Part shown: positions 60,368-64,000 of the stretch, piece by piece | Layout of the letters: every line of letters begins with the position of its first letter | Numbering within the stretch: the first letter of the stretch is position 1 | IMG/VR virus record: IMGVR_UViG_3300029305_005484 | Length of the DNA: 64,000 nt | From: a virus | Taxonomy: Duplodnaviria; Caudoviricetes | Strand: one strand, 5' to 3' | The notes under the pieces: model-generated | What the model was told of the DNA's origin: nothing | The model's database searches: none | The model's input: the letters and a program-made list of their open reading frames with translations, nothing else | Translations under genes and position numbers: made by a program

Positions 60368-60494
60368 ACTTTATATTAAAATACTAGTATGATATCTTAT
60401 GTATCATATATCTAGTTCCAAAACTGTTAAGATAAAATCTTTTATCGCATTTGAGAAGAAGAAGTAGTCATATGACTACTTCTTCTATCTACTT

Positions 60495-60959
60495 TTAAAT
60501 TTTAGAAATTAGACTTGTTAACATAGATTCTGTATTATCTGTAATTATATTATATTTAATACATGCTGCTATATAATAATATGAAGAGTTATTTATGGCA
60601 CTAGGTGAAATACAATTACAAATTAACATTGAATTTTTATTAAACAATTTTTGTTTTACTGAATATGAACATGATAAAACAGGTCTATTAGAATCATCAA
60701 AATAAACATCTGTTGTATTTGATGATAAATTTTTAAGAAATTGAATTAGTTGATTTGATATCTCATCTGATAAATCAACAAACTTTTCATTTGATTTATA
60801 TACTTTCTTTTTAAGTTTATTAAGTGGTATAATATCCGGATATTTCTTTTCATATTTTTTAAGATTAATTTTAGCTTTAGAATAATCTTTTGCTGCCTTT
60901 AAAGGTCCAATCACAGTACCTTTGAATACTTTTCCAAATGGAATAACTATTTTTTCCAT
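60495..60959 (-). CDS. Hypothetical protein
   Basis: RBS GAGG. Confidence 0.6.
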   Translation of the reverse strand: MEKIVIPFGKVFKGTVIGPLKAAKDYSKAKINLKKYEKKYPDIIPLNKLKKKVYKSNEKFVDLSDEISNQLIQFLKNLSSNTTDVYFDDSNRPVLSCSYSVKQKLFNKNSMLICNCISPSAINNSSYYYIAACIKYNIITDNTESMLTSLISKI

Positions 60960-61038
60960 ATTATTTTTTCACCTCATTTCATTAAAATAATGTCTTATAA
61001 TCATTTCAACAAAAATATTAAGTTACAAGATAAAGGAA

Positions 61039-62784
61039 ATGAAAATAATGAGTAATAAGAATAAGGAGATAATTCAACATAAAAAAGAACATGATGTTTC
61101 TATTAAGTTGAAAAATATTACTAATTTTCAACAACTTAAATTAAAGAAAATTAACTTAAAACTTGAAATTTTTACATTAGATTCTATAGTTGCTTTTCTT
61201 TATAAAGATAGTGTCCTTAAAACACAAAAGTTGTTAAAGAATATTTATAAATTATTTAAAAATATAAATCCAGAACCATACATGTTAAATCCAGATTTAC
61301 GAACACGGTTCTGGGTAATTTTAAAATCTTTAGAATTAATGGTAGATAGTAGATTAGAATCTTATAATGCCATTAAATCTGAACTTATGGATGACAAAGA
61401 TTCAGATGAATTAATCCATGAGTATATCAAAAACATCAATGTACTCTATATAGGGTATGAAGATAGTAAAAAACTCATTAGAAAATTAGATGATAGATTA
61501 CGTTTTGGTTATGTAATAACTATTAAAGAAGTACTACAAGAATTTCTAAATGCAATTGAAGATGAAGAATATTCATCATATAAAGATATAGCAGATGATT
61601 TAGAACAACTTGCTATTTCAATTGTAAATATTAGAAGAAATACGAATAGTTTAGATAGTGAAGAAAAATTTTCATTAGATCCTGATAAATTTGATGATAT
61701 GATATCAGTCGCTGTAACCAAGTTACAAGATAGAATGAAAATTTTTAAAACAGGTATTCAAGGTTTAAATACTTTATTAGCACCTGGTTATTTATCTAAA
61801 CGTCTATATATGTATCTAGCATTTCCTGGTGGTGGTAAATCACAAATACTTTTAAAGTCAGCTTTAGACATTAAGAAATACAATGGACATGTTAAAGCGA
61901 AAGATCCTCAGAAGAGACCTGCAGTTTTATATATTACTATGGAAAATAGTGTTGAAGAAACTATTGAACGTATATTCAATATGACTGTATCTTCTGATGA
62001 TATTAGAAATTATACACCTGCTCAAATTATTAAGAAATTAAAGTCAGGTGGTAATTTAACACTTACAGATGATAATAATATAAATATTATCATCACTTAT
62101 TACCCGAACAGATCTATTGATACAAATGATTTATATGGAATTATTCAAGAATTAGATGATGAGGGTGATGAAGTTATAGCTTTAATTCTTGATTATGTAA
62201 AGAGAATAGCTCCTGCAGAAAAAGCATCTAGTGAAAAAGAAGAACTTAAGAATATTACAAATGAACTTAAGAATTTAGCAACTCACTTTGATATACCGGT
62301 TATAACAGCACAACAATTGAATCGTGTTGCATCATCTGTTGTAGATGCTGCATTACAAGCTAAAAAAGAAGATGTTACTAAACTTATCGGAAGAGATGGT
62401 GTTGCTGGTGCTTGGGAGATCATCGAAAATTCAGACTGGGTCTGTGTTTTAAATCAAGAAGTAAAAACAGAAACTTTAGAATTATTCATGACATTTAAAT
62501 TATTAAAACGAAGATATCGTTCTAGTGATGAAAATGAAAGAATGAGAAAATTAGAGTATTTTAATCAACCTTATGAACCAGGTAATGAAATTAGATTAAT
62601 GGATGATGTTGAATTGGATAGACCTCTTATGATTTACAGTATGAGTAACCAAATGAGTTCATTAGAAGATATGAAACGTGGTAAAAAGAATGCTGTAGAA
62701 AGAGAAGAAAAAATGCATAAAAATATTTATCAAATGATGGAATTTGATCCATTTGATGATACACAATCAATTCAATATACATAA
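61039..62784 (+). CDS. DnaB-like replicative helicase
   Basis: AFPGGGKS Walker A, YITMEN, LILDYV, IPVITAQQLNR. Confidence 0.9.
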   Translation: MKIMSNKNKEIIQHKKEHDVSIKLKNITNFQQLKLKKINLKLEIFTLDSIVAFLYKDSVLKTQKLLKNIYKLFKNINPEPYMLNPDLRTRFWVILKSLELMVDSRLESYNAIKSELMDDKDSDELIHEYIKNINVLYIGYEDSKKLIRKLDDRLRFGYVITIKEVLQEFLNAIEDEEYSSYKDIADDLEQLAISIVNIRRNTNSLDSEEKFSLDPDKFDDMISVAVTKLQDRMKIFKTGIQGLNTLLAPGYLSKRLYMYLAFPGGGKSQILLKSALDIKKYNGHVKAKDPQKRPAVLYITMENSVEETIERIFNMTVSSDDIRNYTPAQIIKKLKSGGNLTLTDDNNINIIITYYPNRSIDTNDLYGIIQELDDEGDEVIALILDYVKRIAPAEKASSEKEELKNITNELKNLATHFDIPVITAQQLNRVASSVVDAALQAKKEDVTKLIGRDGVAGAWEIIENSDWVCVLNQEVKTETLELFMTFKLLKRRYRSSDENERMRKLEYFNQPYEPGNEIRLMDDVELDRPLMIYSMSNQMSSLEDMKRGKKNAVEREEKMHKNIYQMMEFDPFDDTQSIQYT

Positions 62785-62832
62785 AAAAGAAAAGAGAAAT
62801 CTACTTTTTTTGTAGATTTCTCTTTTATTATT

Positions 62833-63438
62833 TTATATTTTACTAATTAATGATTCATAAGAATCATATGCTTCTTCTAATAATTCTAAAGATACTCTTT
62901 TACTATGATATGAAAGATATGCAATCGCAAATGTTGTACATAAATCGTTTGTATAATGATTTATATACAAATTCTCTATATATTTATAAACAGATTTATG
63001 CATATTCCTTAGATTTGATTTTTCATTCAATCTTTTCTTAAATCCTATATCTTCTAAATTAGCAAGAGTATAGTTCATTGGATATTTAATAATATCATAT
63101 GCAAGTTGTCCGTGTTCAATATATAACCATTTATACATATTTTTACTATCCTGTGTAATAAGAAAAGATTTATCACCCTTTACAAATATCTTTTCATATA
63201 ATTCACTTAGAATTTTATCTTTACTAAGTTCAGGAATTTCTAGTTCTGCTAATTCCTTAGATAGATAGAATATACATGTGGTTTTATCAAACATAAGATG
63301 ATTTAGAATACGTTCTACTATACTATTATCTTCTGTTGGTAAAGATAATCTTGTTTTTTCATTAAATAAATAACCTGTAGAATCTGTGTTATAATCTATA
63401 TTAAAAGGAATACTATCTAGATATTCATCATTTTTCAT
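62833..63438 (-). CDS. Hypothetical protein
   Basis: 201-aa ORF. Confidence 0.65.
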   Translation of the reverse strand: MKNDEYLDSIPFNIDYNTDSTGYLFNEKTRLSLPTEDNSIVERILNHLMFDKTTCIFYLSKELAELEIPELSKDKILSELYEKIFVKGDKSFLITQDSKNMYKWLYIEHGQLAYDIIKYPMNYTLANLEDIGFKKRLNEKSNLRNMHKSVYKYIENLYINHYTNDLCTTFAIAYLSYHSKRVSLELLEEAYDSYESLISKI

Positions 63439-63441
63439 ACA

Positions 63442-63993
63442 TCAATCTCCTTCTATTTTAACAGAATTTAAATATTCTATTTCTTCTTCTACCAAATGGT
63501 GTCTATGTAAAGTTATATCTTTATATCTGTTATATTGAGAATCTATCATATCTTGATATGTAACTAGAGTTTTATTTCTATAAGTCGTTTCACCAGTAAA
63601 ATAAGATACTAAATATGGATATACTAAAGCTTTATATAATATATCCAATGTGATATTAAATGGTTCATATAACTCTTGATACCAGTGAAGAGAATATAAC
63701 TCATCAGATATTCTTAAATACACCACTTCTTGAGCAACTTCTGGGATATTAAGTTTAAATATTTCATATAAACTCCCTCTATATTCTATAGGTATATTTT
63801 GCATAATTAATGATGCTCTTATAAGAGCATCAGATGTTACATCATAAATACTATTTAGAGAAATGATATAATCTTCATAATTTATTTCAGCATCAATATA
63901 ACTATGTTTAATTTTATTTCGCTCTATATGTATTTCATTTCCAGATATTTGTGATGTATCGAATAAAACCTTTTCTTGTATATGCGTATCCAT
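63442..63993 (-). CDS. Hypothetical protein (may extend past the window)
   Basis: 183-aa ORF at the window edge. Confidence 0.6.
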   Translation of the reverse strand: MDTHIQEKVLFDTSQISGNEIHIERNKIKHSYIDAEINYEDYIISLNSIYDVTSDALIRASLIMQNIPIEYRGSLYEIFKLNIPEVAQEVVYLRISDELYSLHWYQELYEPFNITLDILYKALVYPYLVSYFTGETTYRNKTLVTYQDMIDSQYNRYKDITLHRHHLVEEEIEYLNSVKIEGD

Positions 63994-64000
63994 ATAATCT

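Noticed and set aside
2722-63041. Many ORF-track entries overlapping real genes (e.g. 2722, 3154, 3943, 8998, 16736, 25777, 27599, 33727, 40368, 42813, 47655, 59461)
   Set aside because: Antisense or off-frame shadows of well-supported genes, with Ser/Phe/Leu-biased composition and no RBS.
1-64000. Stop-codon reassignment, as seen in some gut phages
   Set aside because: Core genes are full length in the standard code, and TAG and TGA both end genes at sensible positions.

Overview
AT-rich segment of a jumbo myophage genome of the phiKZ/AR9 type. The host is probably a gut Firmicute (Clostridia), judged from the endolysin cell-wall-binding repeats and an anaerobic RNR activase. Core genes include two phage RNA polymerase beta' subunits (the N-terminal one split by two group I introns, one carrying an HNH endonuclease), a split family-B DNA polymerase subunit, a DnaB-like helicase, ThyA, NrdG, an amidase/GH73 endolysin, a gp25-like and a gp26-like baseplate protein, a prohead protease and a long cluster of probable head-internal proteins. 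The main finding is nine copies of an exactly 82-bp imperfect palindrome, all on the + strand and spread over 57 kb. Each is fused in the same reading frame (TAA-CAA-AAC-TGC-AAY) to a different 100-127 aa module that lacks its own translation start and mostly resembles tail-fibre receptor-binding tip domains; four modules were missed by the ORF track. This looks like a dispersed library of silent receptor-binding cassettes. No acceptor gene or recombinase/RT is visible in the window, so the mechanism is inference. Other findings: a group I intron that appears to end in A instead of G, a probable -1 frameshift in the gp26-like gene, and early- and late-type promoter motifs. Family assignments come from motif recognition, not from database searches.
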